Positions 17,285-26,393 of a stretch of DNA of 49,906 nt are shown here, in pieces. Numbering within the stretch: position 1 is the stretch's first letter; each line of letters begins with the position of its first letter. The notes beneath the pieces were generated by a model. It had not been told where the DNA came from and did not search any database. It saw only the letters and a program-made list of their open reading frames with translations. The position numbers and the translations under genes are program-made. This stretch comes from an uncultured bacterium (GTDB lineage Bacteria > Lernaellota > Lernaellaia > Lernaellales > Lernaellaceae), in assembly GCA_964534375.1 (NCBI GenBank), contig CAZHPN010000019.1, positions 1-49,906 of the forward strand. Reading direction: 5' to 3'.

Positions 17285-18805
17285 TCAGCCGGCGAGGGCG
17301 TCGAAGGCCGGCTTGAGGGCCGGATAAAGATCGCGATAACGCCGCCACGCGCCGTCGTACAACGCCGCGCGGGCCGGGTCGGGCCCGGCGACGACCGTAG
17401 CTCGGATCGTCTGTTCGCAGGCCTCCGCGACCGACGGAAATGCGCCGGCGCCGACGCCGGCAAGCAACGCGGCGCCGTAGGCCGCGCCCTCGGCGACATC
17501 CGGCGCCACGAGCGGCAGGTTGAAGACGTCGGCGAGGATCGCGCGCCACAAGGGCGAGCGCGCGCCGCCGCCGGAGATCCGCATTTCGGCCGGCGCGAGC
17601 CCTTGCGCCCGCATCAGTTCGAGGCTGTCGCGCAGACCGAACGCCACACCCTCGAGCACCGCCCGCACCAGATGCGGCTTGCCGTGGCGCAACGTCAGGC
17701 CGACGAACGCGCCGCGGGCATGCGGGTCCGCGTGCGGCGTGCGTTCGCCGCAAAGATAGGGCAGGAACAGCAGGCCCTCGCAGCCGGGCGGGGCAAGCGC
17801 GGCTTGCTCCGTCAAGACCTCGTACGGATCGACGCCACGCCGCGCCGCCTCGGCCCTTTCGGCGTCGGCGAGGTTGTCGCGCAGCCAGCGCAGGCTGCCG
17901 CCGGCGGCGAGCATCACGCCCATCACGTGCCACATGCCCGGGACCGCGTGGCAGAACGAGTGCAGCCGGCCGCGCGGGTCGATCGCCGGCTGCGCAACCG
18001 GCGCGAACACGACGCCCGACGTGCCAAGCGTCGACGATGCCGAACCTTCGTGCGCCAGACCCGCGCCGAGCGCCTGCGCCGCCTGGTCGCCGCCGCCGGC
18101 GACCACCGGTGCGCCCGGCGCGAGACCCGTGAGCGCCGCGGCCGCGGCCGTCACGCGCCCGGCGATCTCCGGCGATTCGGCACAGCGCGGCGCCCACGCC
18201 TCGGGAATATCAAGCGCGGCGAACATCGCCAACGACCAGCGCCGATTTTTCACGTCGAAGAGCGACGTGCCCGAAGCGTCGGAAACGTCGGTGGCGAATT
18301 CACCCGTGAGGCAAAAGCGGACAAAGTCTTTCGGCAGCAGAAAGCGGCGCGCGCGACGATAAACGTCGGGTTCGTTCTCGCGCACCCAGACGATCTTCGG
18401 CGCCGTAAACCCCGGCAGCACCGGGTTGCCCGTCAGTTCGAGCAGCCGCGCCAGGCCGAGTACCTCGGTAATGTGTGCGCATTGCGCGGCGGTGCGTTGA
18501 TCGTTCCAGAGAATCGCCGGGCGCAACACGCGATCGGCCTCGTCGAGCAACGTCAGCCCGTGCATTTGGCCCGAGAGCCCAACCGCGGCGATCGCGTCGC
18601 CCCGCACGCCGGCGGCGGCGCAGACGCGGCGAATGGCCTCGATCGCGCCTTGCCACCAATCGTTGGGATCCTGCTCGGCCCACAGCGGATGCGGCGTGGA
18701 AAGGGGATATTCAGCCGTCGCGCCGGCGAGCGTTACGCCGCGCTCGTCGAGCAGCAGCGCCTTGGTTCCGGTAGTTCCGACGTCGAGCCCCAAAAACAAC
18801 GACAT
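17285..18805 (-). CDS. xylB: Xylulokinase (FGGY family)
   Basis: LGLDVGTTGTK, SGQMHG, ILWNDQR, SDASGT, GGGDQAA, GERTP, GGGARS; adjacent to the isomerase gene. Confidence 0.93.
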   Translation of the reverse strand: MSLFLGLDVGTTGTKALLLDERGVTLAGATAEYPLSTPHPLWAEQDPNDWWQGAIEAIRRVCAAAGVRGDAIAAVGLSGQMHGLTLLDEADRVLRPAILWNDQRTAAQCAHITEVLGLARLLELTGNPVLPGFTAPKIVWVRENEPDVYRRARRFLLPKDFVRFCLTGEFATDVSDASGTSLFDVKNRRWSLAMFAALDIPEAWAPRCAESPEIAGRVTAAAAALTGLAPGAPVVAGGGDQAAQALGAGLAHEGSASSTLGTSGVVFAPVAQPAIDPRGRLHSFCHAVPGMWHVMGVMLAAGGSLRWLRDNLADAERAEAARRGVDPYEVLTEQAALAPPGCEGLLFLPYLCGERTPHADPHARGAFVGLTLRHGKPHLVRAVLEGVAFGLRDSLELMRAQGLAPAEMRISGGGARSPLWRAILADVFNLPLVAPDVAEGAAYGAALLAGVGAGAFPSVAEACEQTIRATVVAGPDPARAALYDGAWRRYRDLYPALKPAFDALAG

Positions 18806-18818
18806 GCGGTCGCCCCGG

Positions 18819-19970
18819 TCACGTCATGTCGAGAGGCGACAGTGGCGGCAGCTTCTCGGGGCGGGTTGCCCGCGCACGAATCAGATAGCTTTCCAGCCAG
18901 CCGCGTTCGCGATCCGGATGATTCGCCGCCCAGATCACCTTTTCGTGATCCAGGCCGTTGATGCGGTCGTTCGCGGCGCGCACCGCGTCGATCGAGTTGC
19001 GCACCGCGCGCTCGACCGGCATGCGTTCCGGATTGATGTCGATCCCGAACCAGCCGCCGTAGCCGTGCATTTTCATCACATATAGCGCCGCTTCGAGTTG
19101 TTCGGGCGAGATGGCGCCGCAGTTGAGGTCTTGATCGTAGTTGCCGAGCGGCTGGCTGTTCAGGTGAATGTGCGCCAGGCGGCCGGCTTCCAGCGCGAGG
19201 CTGAGCGCGTACGGCAGGTCTTCATACGCCATCAACATGTGGCCGACTTCCGGGTTCAGCGCGACCAGGGCGTGGCCGTCGGCCAGCGCGCGGCGGTTGG
19301 CGTCGGCTGCGAGGCGCCCCTCGACCTTCGCCGCGAGCAGCAGCGCCTCGGCCGTCGTGCCAAAATAATGGTGGCCGCGCGGCTCGTAGGGCTTGGGTTC
19401 GAAGGCGATCCGGCCGCCCGGCGCGGTGTCGAGCGCCTCCGCCAGGGCATCGGCGAAGCGGTCGCGCGCCGCCGCGAAATCGAGGCCGAACGCATTTTCG
19501 TAACCGTCGATGCCGCTCCAGACCACCATGAAATCCGTGTCGAGTTCGCCATTGAGCCGCAGCGCCTCGACCGTGCGGCGAATCGCCGTCGCGCGCACGG
19601 CCGGCAGGGGCGACGACAGCGCGCCGAACTCGAATTGCGGATCGTAGAAGAGCAGGGGCACGACGGTGACGATCCGCAGGCCGGTGTCGCGGCGGAACTG
19701 CTTCCACAGGTCGAGATTGTCATAGTTGATTTCGTTGGGGTAATGGGCCTCGATTCCGCCCAGCCCGGAGCCGACGAGCGTCGCGGCGATTTCGAGCCGC
19801 CGGGGGATGTCGAGGTCGGGGCCGTACTTGGCGTGAAAACGGTTCGCCCCCGGCGAGAAGAACCAGATGCCGGCCGAGAATTTCAGATCGAGTTCGAAAC
19901 GCCGCAAATGCGCGACGAGTTCCTCAGGCGTTCGCCGCCGCGCCTGCGGCCGCAGATCGGGAAGTCCCAT
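18819..19970 (-). CDS. xylA: Xylose isomerase-like TIM-barrel sugar isomerase
   Basis: KFSAGIW, FEPKPYEPR, NPEVGH, HIHLN, YDQD metal-ligand motifs; upstream of xylB. Confidence 0.8.
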   Translation of the reverse strand: MGLPDLRPQARRRTPEELVAHLRRFELDLKFSAGIWFFSPGANRFHAKYGPDLDIPRRLEIAATLVGSGLGGIEAHYPNEINYDNLDLWKQFRRDTGLRIVTVVPLLFYDPQFEFGALSSPLPAVRATAIRRTVEALRLNGELDTDFMVVWSGIDGYENAFGLDFAAARDRFADALAEALDTAPGGRIAFEPKPYEPRGHHYFGTTAEALLLAAKVEGRLAADANRRALADGHALVALNPEVGHMLMAYEDLPYALSLALEAGRLAHIHLNSQPLGNYDQDLNCGAISPEQLEAALYVMKMHGYGGWFGIDINPERMPVERAVRNSIDAVRAANDRINGLDHEKVIWAANHPDRERGWLESYLIRARATRPEKLPPLSPLDMT

Positions 19971-19990
19971 CGATCCCCCCCCATGAAAGC

Positions 19991-20033
19991 CCCTGTGCTC
20001 TCCGTGTCTTCCTCTGCGCCCTCTGTGTTTAAA
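19991..20033. repeat. CTCTGTG-like short repeat cluster upstream of xylA
   Basis: CCCTGTG, CTCCGTG, CTCTGCG, CTCTGTG followed by TTTAAA. Confidence 0.55.
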
Positions 20034-20039
20034 TTTCCC

Positions 20040-20495
20040 TCAAACCACCGTCACGCGCGTGACGGTCCCGCAGCCGCGGCAGCGGCAGGGCACGGCGTCG
20101 CCGGGGCTGGCGAAGTTCTCCAGCACCCGATGAACAATGGTCTCGCCGCATTCCGGGCAATCGACGGCGAAGGAATCGTCGCCCTTGGGCTCGAGCAGCA
20201 CGGCGACGATTCCGCCGGCGAAACCGCCGAAAAGAATGATGCCGCACGCCGCGCCCCACGTGCCGGCCGCCAGGACGCCGATCAGCGCGCCAAACGCCGC
20301 CCCGAGGGTCGCCGCGCCGAAGGCGACGGCGACGACAAACCGCCGGTTCTTCGGCGGGCGAACGCGGGTGACCTCGTCGCTCGGCAATTCGGCCACCGCG
20401 TGGTAGTCGAGCGCGTTGCGGCAATGCGGGCAGACGGTCGCCAGACGGCCGACAACCTCGCCGCAGTAGACGCACGTTTTGGTCGCGTCGCCCAT
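20040..20495 (-). CDS. Small 2-TM membrane protein with N- and C-terminal zinc ribbons
   Basis: CVYC...CPHC, two hydrophobic helices, CPEC...CRCRGC; start may be 20510. Confidence 0.7.
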   Translation of the reverse strand: MGDATKTCVYCGEVVGRLATVCPHCRNALDYHAVAELPSDEVTRVRPPKNRRFVVAVAFGAATLGAAFGALIGVLAAGTWGAACGIILFGGFAGGIVAVLLEPKGDDSFAVDCPECGETIVHRVLENFASPGDAVPCRCRGCGTVTRVTVV

Positions 20496-20631
20496 CGTTC
20501 GCCTTCGCATAATTTTCCGGAGCCTGGGCGTGTACGTAACAACTTCGGCGGTTCGCCGTCAAGCGCGGCGCGAGTTTTTCACGCAGTCGTGCTAAAATGC
20601 GCCCGCTTTTGCCGGAGGGGCGACGGGAGCA

Positions 20632-21528
20632 ATGAGCAGATTACACACGAAACCGGTGACGCGGCTATTCCACGTGGTGGAGCCGCCCGAGGCGTCGGCG
20701 TTCCATCTGACGCAGGGCGACGTCGACGAGCAACTGCGCGGCGACAAGCTCAGCTCCCTGTTTCTCGGCCAGTTCGAAAAGGAACAAATCGCCGATGCGC
20801 TCGGTCGGTTCGGCATTCTCGGGCAATTGCAGACGCTCGGCTATCATCACGTGAATATCGAGTTCCACGCGCGAGAATTGTTTGAGCATTATTTGCGCAT
20901 CTTCGATGTCGAGGGCGCGGAAGCGGCGCTGATCGCCGAAATGGTGCTGAAGCTGGGCCGCTACGCGCCGCCGCGGCACCCGTTGCCGGCGCATCCGCTG
21001 CCGCCGCTCGACGTGATCTCAATCGAATGGCTGCTGATGCAGCACGTGCGCGGCGAGTTTTCGCCGAACCGCCGCCGCTTGCCGGGGCAGAATCACCCGG
21101 GGCTCGGCCTGGGCCACAAGGTGATGGACCTGCTGCTGTGGGTCGCGTCGTTGCTCGAGAAAGACGCGATGCTCAACATGCCGGGGTATTTCCACAACGC
21201 CATTTTCTACGACAAGTGGTTCAAATTCGCCGATCCGCTCAAGCAAGCGGAGATGGAAGCGATCGTGCGCGATTTGACGGCGCAGAATTGCGACCTGACC
21301 GATATGTCGTACGCCGTCTATTTCAAGTGTCTGACCGAGAAAAGCAGCGGCCCGTATCATTGGGAGCCGCGCGAGCAAATCCTGCCGCTCGCCGAAAAAG
21401 CCAAGTACTATTTCGAATTGCCCGACTACGCGCGGCTGGCCGACCAGCGCCGCGCCGAACTTTCGTTCACGCTGGACCGCGCGGCGTTCGCCGAGAAAAT
21501 GGCGACGGCCGACGGCATCGATTGGTGA
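20632..21528 (+). CDS. Conserved hypothetical protein (IEWLLMQ / LPGQxHPGLG / FHNA motifs)
   Basis: GGGAG RBS, GC-biased third codon positions, ends 4 nt before the radical SAM gene. Confidence 0.75.
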   Translation: MSRLHTKPVTRLFHVVEPPEASAFHLTQGDVDEQLRGDKLSSLFLGQFEKEQIADALGRFGILGQLQTLGYHHVNIEFHARELFEHYLRIFDVEGAEAALIAEMVLKLGRYAPPRHPLPAHPLPPLDVISIEWLLMQHVRGEFSPNRRRLPGQNHPGLGLGHKVMDLLLWVASLLEKDAMLNMPGYFHNAIFYDKWFKFADPLKQAEMEAIVRDLTAQNCDLTDMSYAVYFKCLTEKSSGPYHWEPREQILPLAEKAKYYFELPDYARLADQRRAELSFTLDRAAFAEKMATADGIDW

Positions 21529-21532
21529 GGAA

Positions 21533-22402
21533 ATGGAATACGAGGGGATTGTCATCCGTCCGCCGAGCGAAGCCCGCTCGCTGATTTTGCAGGCCACGTT
21601 CGGCTGCAGCCACAACAAGTGCACGTTTTGTCCGACCTACAAAGGCACGCCGTTTCGCATCAAGGACGAAGCGCGCCTGTTCGCCGAGATCGACGAAACG
21701 GCCGCGCTGCGTCCGTGGCGGCGCGTGTTCCTCGCCGACGGCGACGCGTTGATCGTGCCGCAGGCGCGCCTGCTGCGGATTCTCGACAAGCTGCGCGCCA
21801 CGGTCCGCGGCCTGGAGCGCGTCGGCATCTACGGCAACGCCAAGGCCGTGCTGAAAAAGACGCCGGCGGAACTCGCGGAGTTGCACGGTCGCGGCCTGGG
21901 CATCGTCTACTTCGGGTTGGAATCGGGCGACGATGAAACACTCGCGTTTCTTCGGAAAGGGAAAACGGCCGACGACATGATCGCCGCGGGCCGGCGCGTC
22001 AAGGATTCGGGCATCGAATTGTCGATCACCGTGCTGCTCGGCGTCGCCGGCGCGCGATGGCGCGAACACGCCGTGAACACCGGCCGCGTGCTGACGGCGA
22101 TCGACCCCGATTACGTCGGCGCGCTGACGGTGATGGTGGTGCCCGGCACGCCGCTCTGGGATTCGCAGCGATCGGGCGCGTGGACGCTGCCCGACGAATT
22201 TCAGATGCTCGAAGAACTGGCGATCATCCTGGCCAACACGACGATGACGCACGGGCTGTTCATGAGCAACCACGCAAGCAATTACCTGCCGCTGAAGGTC
22301 GCCATGCCGGACGCCAAACCCCGCGCTTTGGCCGAATTGCGCCAAGTGCTCGAACGCCGCGACCGGTCGGACCTGAAACCCGAGGAATGGCGGGCGCTGT
22401 AG
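21533..22402 (+). CDS. Radical SAM protein
   Basis: RPPSEA, CxxxCxxC (CSHNKCTFC), FLADGD, GLESG, SNHASNY; GAGG upstream. Confidence 0.92.
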   Translation: MEYEGIVIRPPSEARSLILQATFGCSHNKCTFCPTYKGTPFRIKDEARLFAEIDETAALRPWRRVFLADGDALIVPQARLLRILDKLRATVRGLERVGIYGNAKAVLKKTPAELAELHGRGLGIVYFGLESGDDETLAFLRKGKTADDMIAAGRRVKDSGIELSITVLLGVAGARWREHAVNTGRVLTAIDPDYVGALTVMVVPGTPLWDSQRSGAWTLPDEFQMLEELAIILANTTMTHGLFMSNHASNYLPLKVAMPDAKPRALAELRQVLERRDRSDLKPEEWRAL

Positions 22403-22434
22403 CGGCGCGGTGCGCCGGCAATTGGCGCCGTCGA

Positions 22435-23433
22435 TCATTGCGATATCGCAAAACCGTTCGCGGTGACCTGCGGCGCGGACTTCTCGGGCACGGCGCACTC
22501 GAGATACCCGGGCGAGCCGCCGGTTGCCGCCGCCTCGTCGGGCAGGGGCGTCTTGGTCTCGCGCGCACGGAACGCGGTGGAGATCATCGCCTCGCCGGGC
22601 GACGCTGACGGGGGCGTCGCCGCGTCATCCCCGACGCCGTCGCGCGCACAGCGAAATCCGACCGTGTCGAGGCGCGCTTCCGCCGCAACCCGGAACCGGG
22701 CCGAGCCGCGCACGCCCCACGGGCCGTTGCTCCAGGACCCGCCGCGCAGCATCGGTTTCGCGCTCGACGACCACCCCTCCGGGTCGTTGGCGGACGATGG
22801 CGCGAAGTATTCGTCGCCATGCCAGTCCGCGCACCACTGCTCGACGTTGCCGAGCATGTCGTACAGGCCGTATGCGTTCGGTTGTTTCCGGCCCACGGGA
22901 TGGGTCCGACCGGCGGAATTGCTTTCGTACCACGCGATTTCGTCCAAGCCGCCGTATCGCGGTCCGTTGGTGCCGCCGCGCGCCGCGAATTCCCACTCCG
23001 CTTCCGTGGGCAGGCGCTTGCCGACTTTCGCGCAGTAAGTTCGGGCCTCGGCCCAGGTGACCCTTTCGACCGGGCAATCCGGACAACCGGAAAAACGGCT
23101 CGGATTCTCGCCCATCGCGGCCCGGAATTCCGCCTGGGTCACGACTGTCGCGTCCATCCAGAAACTCTTTACGGCGACTTCGCGCGCCGGCCCCTCTTCG
23201 CGGAAACAGCCGTAATCCCCCGGCGAACAGCCCATCATGAAGATCCCGCCGGGAATGGCGGCCATCCCCGGCGGCGCCTCGCCGGCGGCAACCAGCGCGG
23301 CGGTCAGCCAGGACGCGACGAGGAACGATGCGAACGCCCATTTGCTCGCCGCGCTTGCGTGCGCAGCACGGCGGCCGGCGCCGAGGCGCGAAGCGCCGGG
23401 CGATATGTTCCGGACGAGTCTCGAGGCGAACAT
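22435..23433 (-). CDS. Exported FGE-sulfatase (SUMF1-like) domain protein
   Basis: FMMG, PVERVTW, RLPTEAEWEFAARGG, NAYGLYDMLGNV, RGGSW, GFRC; hydrophobic N-terminal segment. Confidence 0.9.
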   Translation of the reverse strand: MFASRLVRNISPGASRLGAGRRAAHASAASKWAFASFLVASWLTAALVAAGEAPPGMAAIPGGIFMMGCSPGDYGCFREEGPAREVAVKSFWMDATVVTQAEFRAAMGENPSRFSGCPDCPVERVTWAEARTYCAKVGKRLPTEAEWEFAARGGTNGPRYGGLDEIAWYESNSAGRTHPVGRKQPNAYGLYDMLGNVEQWCADWHGDEYFAPSSANDPEGWSSSAKPMLRGGSWSNGPWGVRGSARFRVAAEARLDTVGFRCARDGVGDDAATPPSASPGEAMISTAFRARETKTPLPDEAAATGGSPGYLECAVPEKSAPQVTANGFAISQ

Positions 23434-23443
23434 CCAATGCCCC

Positions 23444-24106
23444 TCAATCCCGGCAATCGTTCCCTTCGTAGCGCGAGCTGTTCAGGCGGTCGCTCGCCGG
23501 CGCCGCCGCCATTTTTTCGGCGGCGTAGGGCCGCAGCAATGAGCGCAACGCGCCGCTGTCGCCGGGTTCGGCCGCGAGCCATTGCTTGCACGCGGGCGGA
23601 TCGAAAATCACCGGCATGCGGTCGTGAAACGGGGCCAGCAATTCGTTGGCCGCGGTCGTGATGATGGTGCACGTTTCGACGGTCCCGCCGCCCGCATCCG
23701 TCCAACTCTCCCACAAGCCAGCCAACGCGAACGGCGTGCGATCGACCAAGCCGAATTCGTACGGGTGTTTTCGGCCGTCGACGGTTTTCCACTCATAGAA
23801 GCCGTCGGCTGGGAGCAAACAGCGCCGGTGTTTGAAGGCCGCGCGAAAAGATGGTTTATCGCCAATGGTCTCCGCGCGGGCGTTGATCAGCCGCGATCCG
23901 ATCTTGGGGTCTTTTGCCCAGGACGGAATCAGGCCCCAACGGAGGAGAGCGAAATGCGCCGCTTCGTCGCCCGGCGCGCGCCGCACGGCCAGCACCTGTT
24001 GGGTGGGCGCGATGTTGCACCGCGGCGCGAATTCCGGCGGCGCCGTCGCGCCGACCAGTTGCGCCCAGGCGGCCAGCGGTCCAAACAGAATGTAGCGCCC
24101 GCACAT
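23444..24106 (-). CDS. SOS response-associated peptidase (SRAP / YedK / HMCES family)
   Basis: N-terminal MCGRY, NIAPTQ, WGLIPSW, INARAET, GFYEW, HDRMPV. Confidence 0.95.
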   Translation of the reverse strand: MCGRYILFGPLAAWAQLVGATAPPEFAPRCNIAPTQQVLAVRRAPGDEAAHFALLRWGLIPSWAKDPKIGSRLINARAETIGDKPSFRAAFKHRRCLLPADGFYEWKTVDGRKHPYEFGLVDRTPFALAGLWESWTDAGGGTVETCTIITTAANELLAPFHDRMPVIFDPPACKQWLAAEPGDSGALRSLLRPYAAEKMAAAPASDRLNSSRYEGNDCRD

Positions 24107-24289
24107 GCCAACTCCGATTCACCAACGACCTGAACACAGTATAACGCGCCTGTATTCGGCGCGCTATTCCGGCCCGGCGGTTCGGCCCATTTTTGCATTT
24201 CCCAGGCGGCTGTTGCATTCGACATCGGCGCCGCAATCGGTTAATGTCCGCCGCGAAATCAACCGGCGCTCGCGAATCGCGGAGCAAGA

Positions 24290-26380
24290 ATGACCGAGTT
24301 TGCCGCGAAAACATTGTTGCGCGAACACGGCGTTGCCGCGCCGGCCGGCCGCGAGGTCGGCTCGCCCGACGAAGCGGCGGACGCCGCCGCCGAGTTGGGT
24401 TTCCCGATCGCGCTGAAGGTTTCGCATCCCGACCTCGCGCACAAGTCGGACGTCGGCGGCGTCGCCCTGGGCGTCGCGAACGCCGCGGCGGCCCGCGAGG
24501 CGGCGGCGCGTCTGCTGGCGCTGCGGGCGGGCGCGCGCGTGCTGGTCGAGGAACTGGCCCCCGACGGCGGCCTCGATCTGCTGGTCGGCTTCCGGCGCGA
24601 TCCCGTCTTCGGCCCGGTGTTTCTCGCCGGCCTCGGCGGCGTGTACGCCGAAATCTTCGCCGACGCCAGCCTGCACGTCGGCCCGCCGACCGCCGACGAG
24701 GCCCGCGCGATGCTGACCCGCCTGCGCGGCTACGGCCTGCTCGCCGGCGCCCGGGGCGGGGCGGCGCTCGACGTTGCCGCGGCCGTCCGCGCCTTGCTGG
24801 CGCTCGCCGAAATTGCCCGGCGGCGGCCGGAAATCTGCGAGTTCGACATCAACCCGTTGCGCGTCTACCGCCGCGGGGCGCTGGCTCTCGACGCGCTGGC
24901 GGTTCGCGGCGCGGCCGCGCCGGCGGCGGACGAGCGCGAGGCTTTCCCTGGCGACGATCGGCGCGGCATCCCGCACGCCGTCGACGCCGAACGCGCGCGG
25001 CTGAACTCGTTGTTCCGCCCGGCGGCGGTGGCCGTGGCCGGCGCGTCGACGACCGCCGAGAAGGCCGGAAATATCATCATCAAAAACCTGCGCACGTTCG
25101 GCTACGCGGGCGCGGTGTACCCGGTCAACCCGGCCGGCGGCGCGATCGAAGGGCTGCCGGCGTACACTTCGGTCGCGGCTTGCCCGCGGCCCGTCGAACT
25201 GGTCGTCGCCGCCGTGCCGCACCGGCAGGTCGAAGCGGTGATCGAAGACGCCGCCGCGGCCGGCGCGCGATATGCGATCGTGGTCTCCGGCGGGTTCGGC
25301 GGCGCCGGCCGCGAAGGCCGCCGCCGCGAGGCGCGGCTGGTCGAACTTTGCGCGCGGCGCGGCATCCGGCTGATGGGCCCGAACAGCATCGGGACGATCG
25401 ACGCGGTCTTCGGCTTCTGCGTGTCGATCGGCAAGCTGCCGCCGATGCCGCCGACCGGCGTCTCGCTGCTCGGCCAGACCGGCACCTTTTCGACGGGCTT
25501 TTCGCTCGAAGAAATCACCCGGCGCCGGCGCGGCTTCTCGAAAGTCGCCTGCCTCGGCAACAAGGCCGACGCCGACGAATCCGATTTCCTGGCCTACTAC
25601 GGCGACGATCCCGACACGCGGTGCATCGGCATGTACCTCGAAGGCGTCAACGACGGCCGCCGCTTCCTGCGGGCCGCGCGGCGGGCGGCGGGGCGCAAGC
25701 CGGTGGTCGCGCTCAAATCGGGCCGCACGGAACTGGGCGCCCGGGCGGCGGCCTCGCACACCGGCGCGCTGGCCGGGTCGGATGCGGTTTACGACGCCGT
25801 CTTTCGGCAAACGGGCATCCATCGCGTCGACGATTTCGGCGACTTTTTCGCCGTGCTGCGCGCCTTCGATCTGTGCCCCCTGCCGCGCGGCTGGCGCGTC
25901 GGCGTCGTGTCGATCACCGGCGTCGGTTGCGTGCTGGCCGCCGACGCGTGCGGCGAGTTCGGTCTCGAATTGGCGGCGATCGGCCCGGCGACGCAGGCGC
26001 GCTTTCGCGAACTTGCGCCGGATTGGGCGACGGTCGGCAACCCGGCCGACATCTGGTCGACGATTGAGCGCCTCGGGCCGCTGGACGCGTACGGCAAGAT
26101 GTGCGCCGCGATGATCGCCGACGACGCGGTGGACATCCTGCTGGTCGTCGCCGTGTTGCTCGAAGAAGGCCGCTTCGACGCCGCCGCGGCGATCGCCCCG
26201 GCGTTGGCCGCGCATCCCGGCAAACCGGTGCTCGCCTGCGCGCTCGGCGGTCGCGACGAACTGCTCGCGGAATTTCAGCTCGGCCTGGAATTGTCCGGCG
26301 CCCCGGTGTTTTCCGGTCCGCGCCAGGCGCTGCTCGCCGCCTCGCACCTTTGCCGCCGCGCCGAGACGGCGAAGCGGTGA
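24290..26380 (+). CDS. ADP-forming acyl-CoA ligase, ATP-grasp (beta) domain fused N-terminal to the CoA-binding (alpha) domains
   Basis: GFPIALK, HKSDVGGV, DPVFGP, DINPL followed by VAGAS, YPVNP, GPNS, GNKAD, ASHTGALAG, NPAD. Confidence 0.9.
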   Translation: MTEFAAKTLLREHGVAAPAGREVGSPDEAADAAAELGFPIALKVSHPDLAHKSDVGGVALGVANAAAAREAAARLLALRAGARVLVEELAPDGGLDLLVGFRRDPVFGPVFLAGLGGVYAEIFADASLHVGPPTADEARAMLTRLRGYGLLAGARGGAALDVAAAVRALLALAEIARRRPEICEFDINPLRVYRRGALALDALAVRGAAAPAADEREAFPGDDRRGIPHAVDAERARLNSLFRPAAVAVAGASTTAEKAGNIIIKNLRTFGYAGAVYPVNPAGGAIEGLPAYTSVAACPRPVELVVAAVPHRQVEAVIEDAAAAGARYAIVVSGGFGGAGREGRRREARLVELCARRGIRLMGPNSIGTIDAVFGFCVSIGKLPPMPPTGVSLLGQTGTFSTGFSLEEITRRRRGFSKVACLGNKADADESDFLAYYGDDPDTRCIGMYLEGVNDGRRFLRAARRAAGRKPVVALKSGRTELGARAAASHTGALAGSDAVYDAVFRQTGIHRVDDFGDFFAVLRAFDLCPLPRGWRVGVVSITGVGCVLAADACGEFGLELAAIGPATQARFRELAPDWATVGNPADIWSTIERLGPLDAYGKMCAAMIADDAVDILLVVAVLLEEGRFDAAAAIAPALAAHPGKPVLACALGGRDELLAEFQLGLELSGAPVFSGPRQALLAASHLCRRAETAKR

Positions 26381-26393
26381 ATAGAGGACGCCG

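Noticed and set aside
22435..23433. FGE-sulfatase gene as a diversity-generating retroelement target
   Set aside because: No reverse transcriptase and no adenine-variant template repeat of its 3' region was seen in the window; it also lacks the catalytic Cys pair of true FGE.
23444..24106. SRAP gene as a marker of a prophage or mutagenesis cassette
   Set aside because: No phage genes, integrase, imuABC or umuDC nearby.
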